A stretch of DNA of 53,403 nt from Chara braunii (taxonomy: Eukaryota; Plantae; Charophyceae), in contig BFEA01000018.1 in NCBI GenBank assembly GCA_003427395.1, positions 3,006,622 to 3,060,024 on the forward strand, given 5' to 3'. The notes beneath the pieces were generated by a model. That model was given only the letters and a program-made list of their open reading frames with translations, was not told the origin of the DNA and made no database searches. The translations under genes and the position numbers were made by a program. Shown here piece by piece: positions 36,608 to 48,796 of the stretch. Each line of letters starts with the position of its first letter. The stretch's first letter is position 1.

Positions 36608-37135
36608 GAAAATTTCGGCAGCGCTTCCCGTACGGAAAGTGCCTTCTCATAATTTATACTAGCAGAAATAATCTCCAACTTTTGAAAGTCAAATTTTGTT
36701 TAACTTCCCGAAGTAGTAAAAATTGGGCAGCATCTCCTTTAGAAAGGTATACTTCCCAAATTTATACTAAGTCAGATTAGAACTCGAAGTGAACTTGAGT
36801 TCAACCAAGACAAAATTTAACTAACTCCTTAGATTTGTAGAAATTTTGGCAGCACCCCCTTTAGAAAAGTGTTATCCCAAGATTTATACAAAGCTAAGTT
36901 CAGAATCTAAAATGAATTCGACTTCTCAAGGTCCAATTTTGTTTAACTCCCTGAATTAGCAAAAATTTGGGCAGCACTCCCTTTAGAAAATGAGACTTTC
37001 CAGATTTTTACGTGGTCATGTATACAATTTAGATAAACTGAATTTTGAAAAGTCAAAATTTGATTTTGGATTTGAAGAAATTTTGGCAACGCTTCCTGTA
37101 GAGAAAGTGGCTTACCAAGATTTATACGAAGCCAA
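36608..37135 (+). repeat. Diverged tandem array of five ~110-123-bp units, each beginning with a hairpin
   Basis: AAATTT.GGCAGC...CC.TA.A.AA.TG....CCAA.ATTTATAC recurs at ~36608, 36718, 36841, 36961 and 37078. Confidence 0.85.
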
Positions 37136-37421
37136 GCATAAGAAATAATCCCAGAGGATGTGAAATTTGATCTAAGTAAAAAAAACTAGCTCAGAAAATG
37201 CAAGAATTGAAACTAACTCCTATAGCTCTAGCACGTGGCGAGCATCTAAAACAACTACATGTCAAACTGAAACTCAGACTAGGTAGTGATCTCACTCAAC
37301 CACATGCAAGGCCAAACCACAAAGGTAAGTACTGTCACCAACCTAAAGTCAACCTTGGTCAAACAATAGTTCGTAGTCTTTCAATGATTTATCCCTTATA
37401 CCCAGCTTACATAAGGCGCAA

Positions 37422-38201
37422 AGCTAGACCACCCAATCTTATGGGAACCTGTCTAGCTCAACCATTGAACATACACAAACATAGGGCACTACAACTTTTC
37501 TCTTCTTTGGGCTTATGACTAGGCTGTCCAACCAAGTCGCCCTGAATTGTTTAAGTATCCGAGTTATATATAATTGTCTGCTCATAGTCTTTTAAGGTAA
37601 CATATGACTGAACCGATCATCTTAGATCAAGGTTCAGCCTGTCCCTTCTTAAGGTAACATATGACTGAACCGATCATCTTAGATCAAGGTTCAACCTGTC
37701 CCTTCTTACATCAAATTTATTCTTAATTCATATTCTCTTCAGTTAATGATAAGCTATAGTCAGACCATCCAATGTTATGGAAAAATGTCTGACTAGCCTA
37801 TTCTTAATTAAAGTAGTATAGAAGTATAAACAAGTTTATCCCTTTGGTTTTAGCATGTGCGTGACTCCAGACTAGACCACCCAATCTTATGGGAACCTGT
37901 CAAGTCCTTTGCCTGAATTCTCCCTCAGAATAAAACAAAAGAGAGTCACGGTCATCCAATCTTATGGAACATGCCCAATTCTCTTTCAGAAACTAATAAA
38001 ACATAAGAAAACCCAAAGAAACAAGGCAACCAAGCCATCAAATCTTATTGAAAAATGTTTGGTCCCTGAAAATCAAGCACAAACAACCCTCGCAAGTCAA
38101 AGCAACCAGACCACCCAACCTTATGGGAACTTGTTTGGTCCTTCAGGCAGGCAAAAACAAACATAGCACTGGGCCCTCCAATCATATGGAGACTCTCCTA
38201 G
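37422..38201 (+). repeat. Irregularly spaced array of seven ~35-nt hairpin motifs (core CCA.CCAATCTTATGG.AA)
   Basis: Copies at 37422, 37757, 37870, 37950, 38029, 38105 and 38169. Confidence 0.85.
37591..37708 (+). repeat. 57-bp tandem duplication
   Basis: TTAAGGTAACATATGACTGAACCGATCATCTTAGATCAAGGTTCA.CCTGTCCCTTC occurs twice. Confidence 0.92.
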
Positions 38202-41200
38202 CCTTTGGTTGACCCAGTCAAACACAAGCAATACAACCTTCTTCCCACCTTTCCCCAGATGCAATCTGTTTTTACAATCTTCTTTCAGTCAACACAGCAA
38301 AGCTGAAATGAAAACTTGCATAATCAATCTTTTACTTAAATCTGGTTTGTCGTGAAAGTCAAACTGAAAGTCAAAGTAGGGATGTAAGCCGTATACTCAG
38401 TCAACCATAGCAAGATGTACAACTAAAGGTTATAACTGGATTTATAGAGGGAAAGCAAAAGATTACCTCTCAGTTCCTCCTGAGTTCCGGCAGAGCTCCC
38501 ACAATCAGTGGGCTGACTCCCCATAGAGTCTTGTTGTGGTCCTACGGGTTGCAATCCCGCCTGCCGCCTTCCTTTTGTAACATGATTACACTAAGAGTAA
38601 GAAGGGCAGGAAAAGGGGTTTCAAATTCTCGAGAGACAAGAGGGGGACAACTCAACTCCTAGGAGATGGCCTCGTTGCCTTGATACGCTTGAGGGCCCCG
38701 CAATGGTGGCCAGAACACGTTTGCAGCAATTGGTCAAACTGAAGTCAACTGCTGACTGTTGACCTCCTGATGATCCTTTTGTTTACCACAATACCCCCCC
38801 CTTGCCATACCTTGTGACCCACAGTACCCTGGCAACAGGCACCTTTGTAACCTCCCAACCTCCCTCCAACTGCCTTTTTTAGTGGGTGGTCTGTGCGCCG
38901 CCAAACCACCTAGCCTGCACAACTCAATTGATATGCTATAGCTTTACTCCGCAGCGAACGACGCCACCGATCAAACACTGAACCTGCAGTCTCGGCCACT
39001 TGCCTCCCGTCACTCTGGTCAGTGGTGAGCAGCGTACCGTTGAGTAGGTAAGTATGCTGCTCTCGCGGCTGGTCTCCTTGCATGGATGGGCTAGTGGTAT
39101 AAATGGTACAATGGCCAACAAATAAGTTTTGTCTCCCTCACTCTATTCTTCACACTAGTGTCGGCAATGAGATGGTAGCGTGTTGTTTGGCAGGTAAGTC
39201 TCCAAGCTCAGCGAACCCTTCGTCAGGACATACGTCAGTCAGTACATAAGCTTCCGATCCACTTAGTTGCGCCTTACCTCCTGCGTATTAGTGCACTTGG
39301 TTGCTACCCCGACCAGGTTCAACACTCGGCTTGTTGAACGAAAGCTTCGAGGCAGGATTCTCGCTGCCGCCAGGTATGTATGCTTCTCCCTCTCAATCGA
39401 GTCGACCACCTCTCTGCAAATCACGACTCCGTCTCTTTTTACCCAAACTATCGTTGTGCCTTCAGTAACAACAATACTCGACTGGAATGTACCCCCATAG
39501 CAATGCACAACTACGCTCAACGTAACTCCTTTGCGCAACCACTCATCAGACGGATCCGAGCGGCGACAACCAGTACACAGTAACTCCGACCATTGAGGCC
39601 GCAAGATTCAGTAATCAATGATCGAACACACAGTCCTGGTTTGCACCTGACCCTCAAACTGAACGAGGTACGAGGGTATGCCCTTCCTGCTAAATCCGCA
39701 AGAGGAACTTGTCCTTGCCACAATACTCTAACCTTAGCATACAAATACCCATTCGTTACCTCTTGCGCACCGTCGTACCCAAGCTATGGTAGCCACGAGC
39801 ACTCTATACAGGCAGCACCCACTCCGACAGAAGATGGCTGCCCTCGTAACCTTCGATCAAACAACAACGAAAGTATAATATGACACACTCCGTTACAACG
39901 TGAGACAATAGTCGAACTGGTTTCAGCATAGGATAGGGGTGAACCTTCCTTCAAGACATAAATGTATGCGCCGTTGTTTAACCATGCATATAGGAAGATA
40001 AAAAGCCTCTACTTCTCCCACTAAAATGAGCAGTTCGAATGAATGCTCTATCGAACACGGAGGCTTATACTGCTACCCAGTTCCTCATGCAAACAGACAG
40101 GGGGAGATCGCCTCTATCGACGGAAGGAGGGGGATCAAACGAATCCTCCGCCGGAGTGTGGAAATATACATTCACCTTTTGGACTATGTGCCCCCGCTCA
40201 AATCAGTCGGTCGACAGCTAAGTCTCCAAGTCCACGATTGTCCTCACGCTACCTCCCATTGATAGGACAAACAAGGTTGAATGAATCTTTCGCTATAACA
40301 TGGAAAAATACGTCCAGTTCTTGCTCCCACTTTGTCGTATATATGATCTTTTCTCCGCTCCTAACCGTCTATTCGCCCTCTACCTCTCACTATTTGTACC
40401 GGTATGACTAACGCCTCACTCTCAAAGTTGACATTGCCATCGCACTCGTGATGACTTTAACACTCTAATTTCAGTATCTCAGATCAACAACGAACGGTCA
40501 TCTCTACTCTCCCCCCTTTTCTCGGCATCTCCCTCGCACATATCTTCTTCCTACTAAACTCACCACCTACCGGTAGACAAGTGACATCTCACTCTCACTT
40601 TTCTCGCCACCTCAACTTTCTAAACGCTGCCTTCGACTTTCGTTGCGACTAGACCGTAATTCCAGCGCGGATTTCGTCCCCACAGGTCGATTCGCCAGGG
40701 GTCATAACCTCGAAATTGCCTTCTCTCTCTCCCTTTTCCGTTGAGAAGCACGTAGGCTATCTCCTTTCTTGCTAATCCCTCGCTTGTTTCTCCGCCATCT
40801 CCGACCTGCTTCTTCTCTGTTTGGCGCAACTTCCTTGTTTGATGTCGTTTCCTGGTTTAACGCACAGCATAGCCCCCACACTTACTCCAACAACGACTCG
40901 ACTACGAGTTTAGTTGTACTCTACGTCGTTATCCGACTAGTCCTCTCCTCAGCGTCCTCTCTGGTGCGAATACCTCATCACGGCTGAATCCGGCCGTCTG
41001 TTCACGCCTGATTCAGTCCACCGGCCAAGGGGTGAGAATCCGTTACTAGCCGGCTCGATCGACCTTTCACCCCTATACCTTTGTCCGACAAATGATTTGC
41101 AGGCCAGTATCGCTGTTGGCCTCTACTGAAGCCCCACTGCGCTATGTGCTTGCCTCCAGCACTCATGGCTACGCGGACTTTCTCTACATCGCTCCATCCT

Positions 41201-42715
41201 GGCAGAAGTGGACCTCCAACGGCCGTGCTCACACTTAGGTGTGGCGCCAAGCACACAGCCTACTGCAAACTTTGCAGCATAAGCCCCGATGTGGTGGGCC
41301 CCAGTCCAAATCTTGATGGTAGTAGCCAAATTTCAAATAAGAACTTTTTCGGCCAAAGTGGAGAAGAGTTCCATGCGAGCAGCCGCTGTAGCAGCCTCCC
41401 CGCAGTGTGCTGCCACTCCACCCAGGCACTGTTTGCCTCCTTCGGGTCTCAATAGGCAGGCTCACACTCGAACCTCATTTGCAGCAACAATGGCCAATGG
41501 GCGGTGCGTCCACCCCCGCCGGCTCACATGCACGTTAAATTCCTCGGTCCTTGTTTTCAAGACAGACGAAATAGATAAATTTCCATCAGCATCCCAAACA
41601 TGCAGGAACCCGTAGGTCAACAAGAAAGAGGCGCGTGCTCAAGGCCCTCGATCGTTGCGACGACCTCCAAATCCAGCGTCGTGCCCGAGTCAAGGGGCAC
41701 CAGAGCAAAATAATAATAATACAACAATAAAAATTATTTAAAAACTTTTAACTGTCAGAAATTCGACGAACGAGAAAAAAAGAAACGATAGTACCGTTCC
41801 TACGCCGTCGACGACAAAACTAAGGGGGATAGCCCCGCTGGACCCCCAACCCCTAGGCTCCTCCTCGCCGCTCTAGTACTCTATGCTGCCATCGCTAGCC
41901 TCGATCCCTGAATTTTCTCTGATGGAAGTCCGACGCTGTAACCAATAGTGCTAGGCCCAAAGTTGGGTCTAGTACTAACGGACACCCAAATAAACAGGTA
42001 CTGCACGACGCGCAGACCTACTGAAAACACTCCAAATCCACCTTGTTGTCGATGCCGTCCTGCGCACGTACGCACAAGTCTCAGGCAAGTACACCAATCA
42101 AGAGAGAAAATCTTTTCAATCCTAGTCTAATCAGAAATAAAAATCCGGCCAGCGATCACGCCGGTTCTTCAACCATCGACAGTTAAAATCACGCGCGCCT
42201 CAAGCCTGCTCGCCCACGCACTCTCTGCTCTAGTCAGCCACCCAGTCAATGTAAACCAAGACTACAACTGCGCCTCGCGCAGTATGCCTATACTTTAGAC
42301 CAAACTTATTCTCTGTTGCTTTCAAAAACCAGGGCAGATACCCTTGTAAGAGTATTCGCACCGACAGTGGGCCCCTCACCGGGACTTTTGGAGGCCGGAA
42401 ATGCGACAAAAGCAGTTGATGAAATTTATCAACTACGGCCCAGCCCGAAAGTTGTGGTGGTGGGGACGAGTTCATTTTCTGCAAGGCTGGGCCCATGTAA
42501 AAGGGAGAGGGTGGAAGCAATATGTAACAGTAAGGTCTGGCAGTATAGCAGGCAATGAGCTGATCACTCTCTTGCTCTCTTTTTCTCGCTATTTCTCTTC
42601 CCCTTCCACCTCTTTCCTGCTTGTTCCCTCATTTGCTTCCTCTTTGCCTCTTCCTTCAGCAAGAGAGAGCGATAGAGAAGTCTGGGGGAGGGGGGGAGTG
42701 AGCGCAAGCAAGTGA

Positions 42716-43190
42716 GATGGATAGATAGACTGACAGACAGACAGACAGAGGCAGACAGACAGACAGACAGAGACAAACAGGCAGAGACAGACATGCAGAC
42801 AGACACACAGGCAGACAGACAGACAAACAGACTGATCGACCGACGGACCGACCGACCAACTGACCGACCAGGTCGACGGACTGATCGACTGACAGAACGA
42901 CAGACCGACATACCAACGGACTGACAGACTGATGAACTGACAGACCGAGCGGCCGATGAACCAACCAATGGACTGATTGACCGACCGATGAACCGACCGA
43001 CCAACCAACGGACTGACAGCTGTCTCTTATACACATCTAGATGTGTATAAGAGACAGCCGATGAACCGACCGACCAACCAACGGACTGACAGACTGATGA
43101 ACTGACAGACCGAGCGGCCGATGAACCAACCAATGGACTGATTGACCGACCGATGAACCGACCGACCAACCGATGGACCGACAGACCGAT
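42716..43190. repeat. (GACA)/(GACC)/(GACT) tetranucleotide low-complexity tract
   Basis: Directly visible. Confidence 0.9.
43020..43057. other. Nextera mate-pair junction adapter (sequencing artefact)
   Basis: Exact 38-bp palindrome CTGTCTCTTATACACATCTAGATGTGTATAAGAGACAG (two Tn5 mosaic ends). Confidence 0.99.
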
Positions 43191-44673
43191 TGGCAGGGCC
43201 ATTACGAAAATGGCGCCCTTCTACAACTGATAAATTGTTGAGATGCTTTTCAAATGGACCGAAAAAGCGGTCCGATGGACTGAACTGTGTTTACGGAGAA
43301 TACTCGGAAAACGAGACGGAGGTTACATACGTTTTCATTTGCCCCGGGGTGCACTCTGCCATGAATCCACGACTGTTCCAAAAGTAGCGGCCTGTGCACA
43401 GTCCAAGCGAAAACTAATTTTTTTGCAGTGGAACCCCGCTGCCTATGTTAAGCAAATCCTCAAAAGAGGACTGTGGAGCACAACCCGTAGACTACAAATC
43501 CAAGCTTGAGGTCTCAAGTGGGGTCCAATGTGCTAGTTTTTGCTGTTTCATATCAGGCGACCTGGCTACATTCTGATGAGGCAACATTTCCCACTCATCA
43601 GAGACCTCCCAGTCAATCCCCTGGGAAGCCCAAGGGTGATCCATGCTGCAGGACATTCCACAGTCCAGTTTCATTAAACCACCACTACTTTTGACCCGTC
43701 CCTTGCCAAGCCTCAAAAAGCACTGCGCGCCAAAAGAAAATGAACTGGCCATGCAAGCCATTTTGTTTCGGTAGGCCAACCTCCGAAACTTGCAGTCGCA
43801 TGCGCACTGTGTCGGGAAAAAATGACTGGGAAATGTGCCGGTGGTTCAACTGGATGATTACTGGGATGCTGGGACCCATTTCCAGAGGTCATCCTCCTCA
43901 CCAATAGAAAGGAGCCATCTGTCAAAGGGCTCTACGATTGGAGGATGCTCCTACCACCACCAATAGTATCCCCGACTGCTATGTTGAAAAAAAGAAGAAA
44001 ACGAAAGAAGGCTTAGCAAACAGTACCATCTACGTACCCAAAGAGCCTGCTTGGGGTGGTGGTATGTCTGGGCTAAGAGAAGGACCATGAGTGTGGTAGT
44101 CGTATTGGGCAGTTTCTTGTTAACTTGGCACAGACATAGCATTGAGGTAGGGAACGAAGTAGTGACAGCTCAGAGAGACTTCTAGGGTATATTTAAATCG
44201 GGACTTCCGTGTACCACACCCCCTAGTAGGCGAAGTCCGGTTATTGGAAAAAAAAAAAAAAAACTTAAAAAAAGCTCATTTCCGTGGATGTATCTGGCAG
44301 GTTTTACAGATGCAACCAAAAAAGGTCGTACTGTGAATAGGCCAGAGCATATTATGTATGCACCAGAACGGAGGTTCACTTGGACCAATGAATCCACCGG
44401 TACTTTTCATGGGCAAATTTATGAGATGAGATTGTGCACACGTAGCGTCCTTCGGGATGCATCAGCCTGCCGTGCGGCAGAAAATACATCCAGGCAAAAC
44501 CATCGCATATGCAGTACCATTTTGCCTGGATGAATAACATGCCGCTTGGCAGGTCGGTACATTACAAGGATGCGGTGCAAGGCGTGCTGTGTCAAAACTG
44601 CCATTTATTGTTTTTTTTTTTTTTTGTGTTTTGGAAAGTTGATCTTGATCGAGACGTACCTGCCCCTTGCTTT

Positions 44674-44710
<37 letters not shown>

Positions 44711-46419
44711 GGCGACAGCCTTGGGATATCTTCATTGATCGGACCGCCCCTTGGTAATTCAGAATGATTTATTCCATTCATCAAGGTCCAAAGCAGGATT
44801 TGAACATGGGTCTGTATTTCAACAGTGCATGGGTGCACCAACTGAGCTGGGCTCGTTGGTGTTACCTTCGTCTTCTTCTTCTTCTTCTAGACGGTTTTTT
44901 TTTGCTTAAATTCATGAGGGAAAAAAAAAAAAAAACCCATATGCATGTGCATAGCTCTTCATACTGGGTCATCAGAAACGCCTGTGGCAGGTTAGCGTGT
45001 CTTTTTGGGGGCCTGGGTCCACTACACATCACTCTACATGGACTTGGACGCTTTGAGGACCAGGTACATTCGGACGAGTCCGGCATTCTGAATGTACTGC
45101 GCCCAGAAAGCGTCCAAATGCATGTAAAGTATTGTGTAGTGGAGCCAGGCCCTTAAACCAAACAAACAAAGTGTCTCATCATAGTGTGATGGCACTGTAC
45201 AGACTCCTGAGACGTTTGCTATTGTGTATGTGGTACTATGTGCACACACAGTCTGTCTATACCCCATTCTTGCTCAAGAACAACAAGCCCTCAACCATCA
45301 TCAACCCTTCACTCACACACCCCTTTCTATCCTGTCTATTGACATGTCTGACGATTTCTTTCTTCTTTTTTTTTTCCTCCCCCCCTCCACCCCCTCCTCC
45401 CCTTAAGGAGAGTGTCTGCCGATTTCACTGAGAACGCTATTTCTGCTTGGCTTAGGGTTCTTTCCTTCCTCCTCCTGACGTCATGCCCTTCTTTTTTCTT
45501 TTTTTCTTTTTTTCTTTAACAAGCACAAAATGCCCCATCTATTCTGCCCTTCCAACCAATACTCTGTCTATACTTCCACCTACAAAACCCAAACTCTGTC
45601 TATACTTCCATCTAGAAAACCCCACCTCTTGTCTACACTGCCCGGGTCTCACTAAGTTTTTTTTTTTTTTTTTTTTTTTTTTTGGAAAGCATTAGCCTTA
45701 TATTGGAAAAATTCCAGAAAGAGACCGGGGACCTCACAATTCAACCCGGAGTTATCCTGGCAGCCTCAGCCAGTTTACAGTTTAGCTTTTGAGCACAAGT
45801 CATATCTGTGTCTACCAACCATAGATAACTCCGCCCTACATAGGGAAACTAAGTCCGAGATCTCGTTCTAATTACCATCGGTTTCCAAAAAAATAATCGT
45901 GAAGCTCAGAGTCTCACTTAGGTTTAGGATCGAGATACAAAGAAATTTCAGTAGGGTCTCTGGTCGTCAAACCTAAATGCAGTTGCTTGGGGGGGGAGCA
46001 GCCAAGTTGCCGCGTTTTTTTTTTTTTTTCTCTTTAATCTTCCCCATTGTTGGGGTGTTGCGTTTTGCGGGCCTACTGAATGGTTCCGTTTTTTTACTAT
46101 GGATATGGTAGAATGTTTGGTTTGTGAATCTTGTCTGCTTCGGTTCTGTATATTGGGCATCCTGGTTGGTTGTTTTCCCGGTGGCCTTCTGAGCGCGGGG
46201 GCGGTGCTTGTATGTGGGAATCGTCATCCGGGATTGTCTTCTCTTTCTCTTTGGTTGTCACACTGTGGACCGGAGCTTTTTTTTATTTTTTTGCAGACGA
46301 GAATGATTTGACATCCTGGTTGGTCTTGTCCCGTCGTTTGGCCTGTGGTGTGGTGCAGGGGCGGTGCTTGCATGGGGGACTTGTCATCTGGGATCTGTTT
46401 TGTTGCCCCCTGTTCTGTN

Positions 46420-46802
46420 TTATTTGGCTGTTCCCTTCCTCTCTTCTTTGCCTCTTTGCCTTTTGGCTGTGTGCAAGTGGGTCGATATGACACATGGGGG
46501 TGGGGGCACCCGCCGATCAACCTACATCCACGTGGGCGGCCTTGTACGCAAGAGGTTCTGAACAGGGGGAGTCTTGTAAGGAAGAAGATTAAAAATGAAT
46601 TGATATTTTTTGTGTTTTCCTTTGTTGTTGTTTTTTCGCTTTTGCGCTCTGATATTTATGTGACGATATCTTTCTTTCCCTATCTTTCTTTCCCTATCTT
46701 TCTTTCCCTGTCAGGTTTGGTTTCCTCCTCCCCTTCTTTACCTCTTTGCCTTTTGGCTGCGTGCAAGTGGGTCCTTGTGACACACGGGGATGGGGGCAGC
46801 CA
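46420..46802 (+). repeat. Copies 2 and 3 of the structured repeat seen at 35690
   Basis: 46712-46802 is nearly identical to 35694-35783; 46420-46570 is more diverged. Confidence 0.88.
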
Positions 46803-46844
46803 NGAGAGGGGACCGAGGGGACCAAAGAAGGGGAGAAGGGAAAG

Positions 46845-47402
46845 GGAAGGGGAAGGGGAAGGAGAAGAGAACTTAGAGAAACGGCTCTACCCTTGCAGCC
46901 ATAGTCACATGCCCAAGGGGGGGACTGCTGCAACCCACACCCTCCTCCAGATCCTGGCTCTTCTTCAGGGTTCCCCCACTGATTGGGAGGCTTACTAGGA
47001 GCACCCAGTCATGCAGCAGGGGGATCCCTAAAAGAGGGAGCTGCCGGGGGGAGGAGGGGGCTGGGGGGGGGGTCCCTAGCTGTCTCACAGGCCTCTTATC
47101 GGCATCTCAAGATCTTCCCTAGGGGAAAGGGAAGGGGAAGGAGAAGAGGACTTAGAGAAACGGCTCTACCCTTGCGGCCCTAGTCACATGCCCAAGGGGG
47201 GGACTGCGGCAACCCACACCCTCCTCCAGATCCTGGCTCTTCTTCAGGGTTCCCCCGCTGATCGGGAGGCTTACTAGAAGCACCCAGTCATGCAGCAGGG
47301 GGATCCCTAAAAGAGCGAGGTGCCGGGGGGAGGGGGGGGGGGGGGGGAGCGTCCCTAGCTGTCTCACAAGCCTCTTATCGGCATCTCAAGATCTTCCCTA
47401 GT
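46845..47402 (+). repeat. ~280-bp near-identical tandem duplication
   Basis: GGAAGGGGAAGGAGAAGAG.ACTTAGAGAAACGGCTCTACCC...GGCATCTCAAGATCTTCCCTAG occurs twice. Confidence 0.92.
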
Positions 47403-48214
47403 GGTTTTAGTAGTGTGCTTCCTAGGTGTTACTAGTATGGTCCCTAATACTCTATTTCTTATTTCCGCCCCGAGTGGCTTTACTAGTGTGGTCCCTGATA
47501 CTCTATTTCTTGATTCCGCCCTCCAGGCATTTGAAGAGCATCTGGTTTCATGTACAGAACATTATTCATGTCTCTCTGGCTTGTCCCTCCATCTTTGCCA
47601 AAACCATCTATTTTATATATGCAGCCTAATACTGTAGTCTCTCTACCCTTGTCTCTCTGCTGTTGCCAAGAGACTAACAGGGCTTCTGGCTATTCTACCC
47701 TGTATTTACACCTAGTTTCCCTCCATGTTCATCCATATCCCCTTCTTCCTGCCTTTCTTTCCATTCTTCCTTCATCTACTAGGATTTCTCCGCTTCCTAT
47801 CTCAAAGTTCAAGTATGTTCGACTATGTTTTCCTTGCTTTTGATGTTTTTCAGTTTCTTAAGGATTTTGTCCTTCTTACCTCCCAATCCTCCTACTTCCG
47901 TCGTCTTCCTACATGGATGTCTACCCCCCCTGCCTACCCAACTATTATGGTACACTCAAATCCCACCAAAGCCTCCTCTTCCTCCTATCCTTCCTCTGTA
48001 ACTATAATACACCTCGGTTATTCCCTCAATTCCCTGCAGATGTCTACGGGATTCCAGCAGCGAGTTGTAGATATTCTTTGTGGTCAAATCTTGGAGCTGC
48101 ACCGTTTTCCTCTGCATCCCCTGAGCTGGCCGTTCCCACTCCGCCGGGTCCCATATGAGATGCCGTGCAAGCTAAGCTATATTCTTCTCTCAATTTGACC
48201 TGTCACTATCTACC

Positions 48215-48732
48215 TTTTTTTTTTTTTCACCTCCAAAACCAGTGACCTCTACTGGAGGTGATACGAGTAGCCTCCTCTAGTAGTCGCTGCCCCTGGTTGA
48301 CCCATCTATTGGTGGGGAGCTACACCTGCTGGAAACCGGGTCCAGCATACCCGTACAACCATGAGATTCATGAGGACTAACATAAGCGTAACCCGCCAGC
48401 ATTGATTGCCCCTGATTGCCCAGGAGGATTGACGAAGCAGTAGGAAGTTCTGTAGCAACAGAAGTGCCTCTTCACCCTTCAAACAGGGCGCCTCTTCTAG
48501 CTTGGCATATCCAGCACTACTCCTAAGCCTGTTCAGGGGACCCCTGCAAGCATAGCTAGGCCGGGGCCGGTGTGGGGTGGGGTGGGGGGGGTTTGTTTGG
48601 CTAACGCAAAGATGGAGCATATTGCCAGTAGCTGCACCTCCCGTCTACTTCCCCCGGCCCCATCGAGTAACAGCAGTGTCTATGGCCATCACTCATGCGC
48701 CACGCATGACTCCACACACACACATACACGGA

Positions 48733-48796
<64 letters not shown>

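Noticed and set aside
36608-38201. CRISPR-like repeat/spacer appearance
   Set aside because: Repeats are degenerate, spacers vary greatly in length or are homologous to each other, there are no cas genes, and the context is eukaryotic.
35996-42266. TGTAGTC/GACTACA as LTR termini
   Set aside because: Flanks TACA and ACTG do not form a TSD, and no PBS was found.
43020-43057. Tn5/IS50 ends suggesting a bacterial transposon or horizontal transfer
   Set aside because: Exact synthetic mosaic-end junction adapter.
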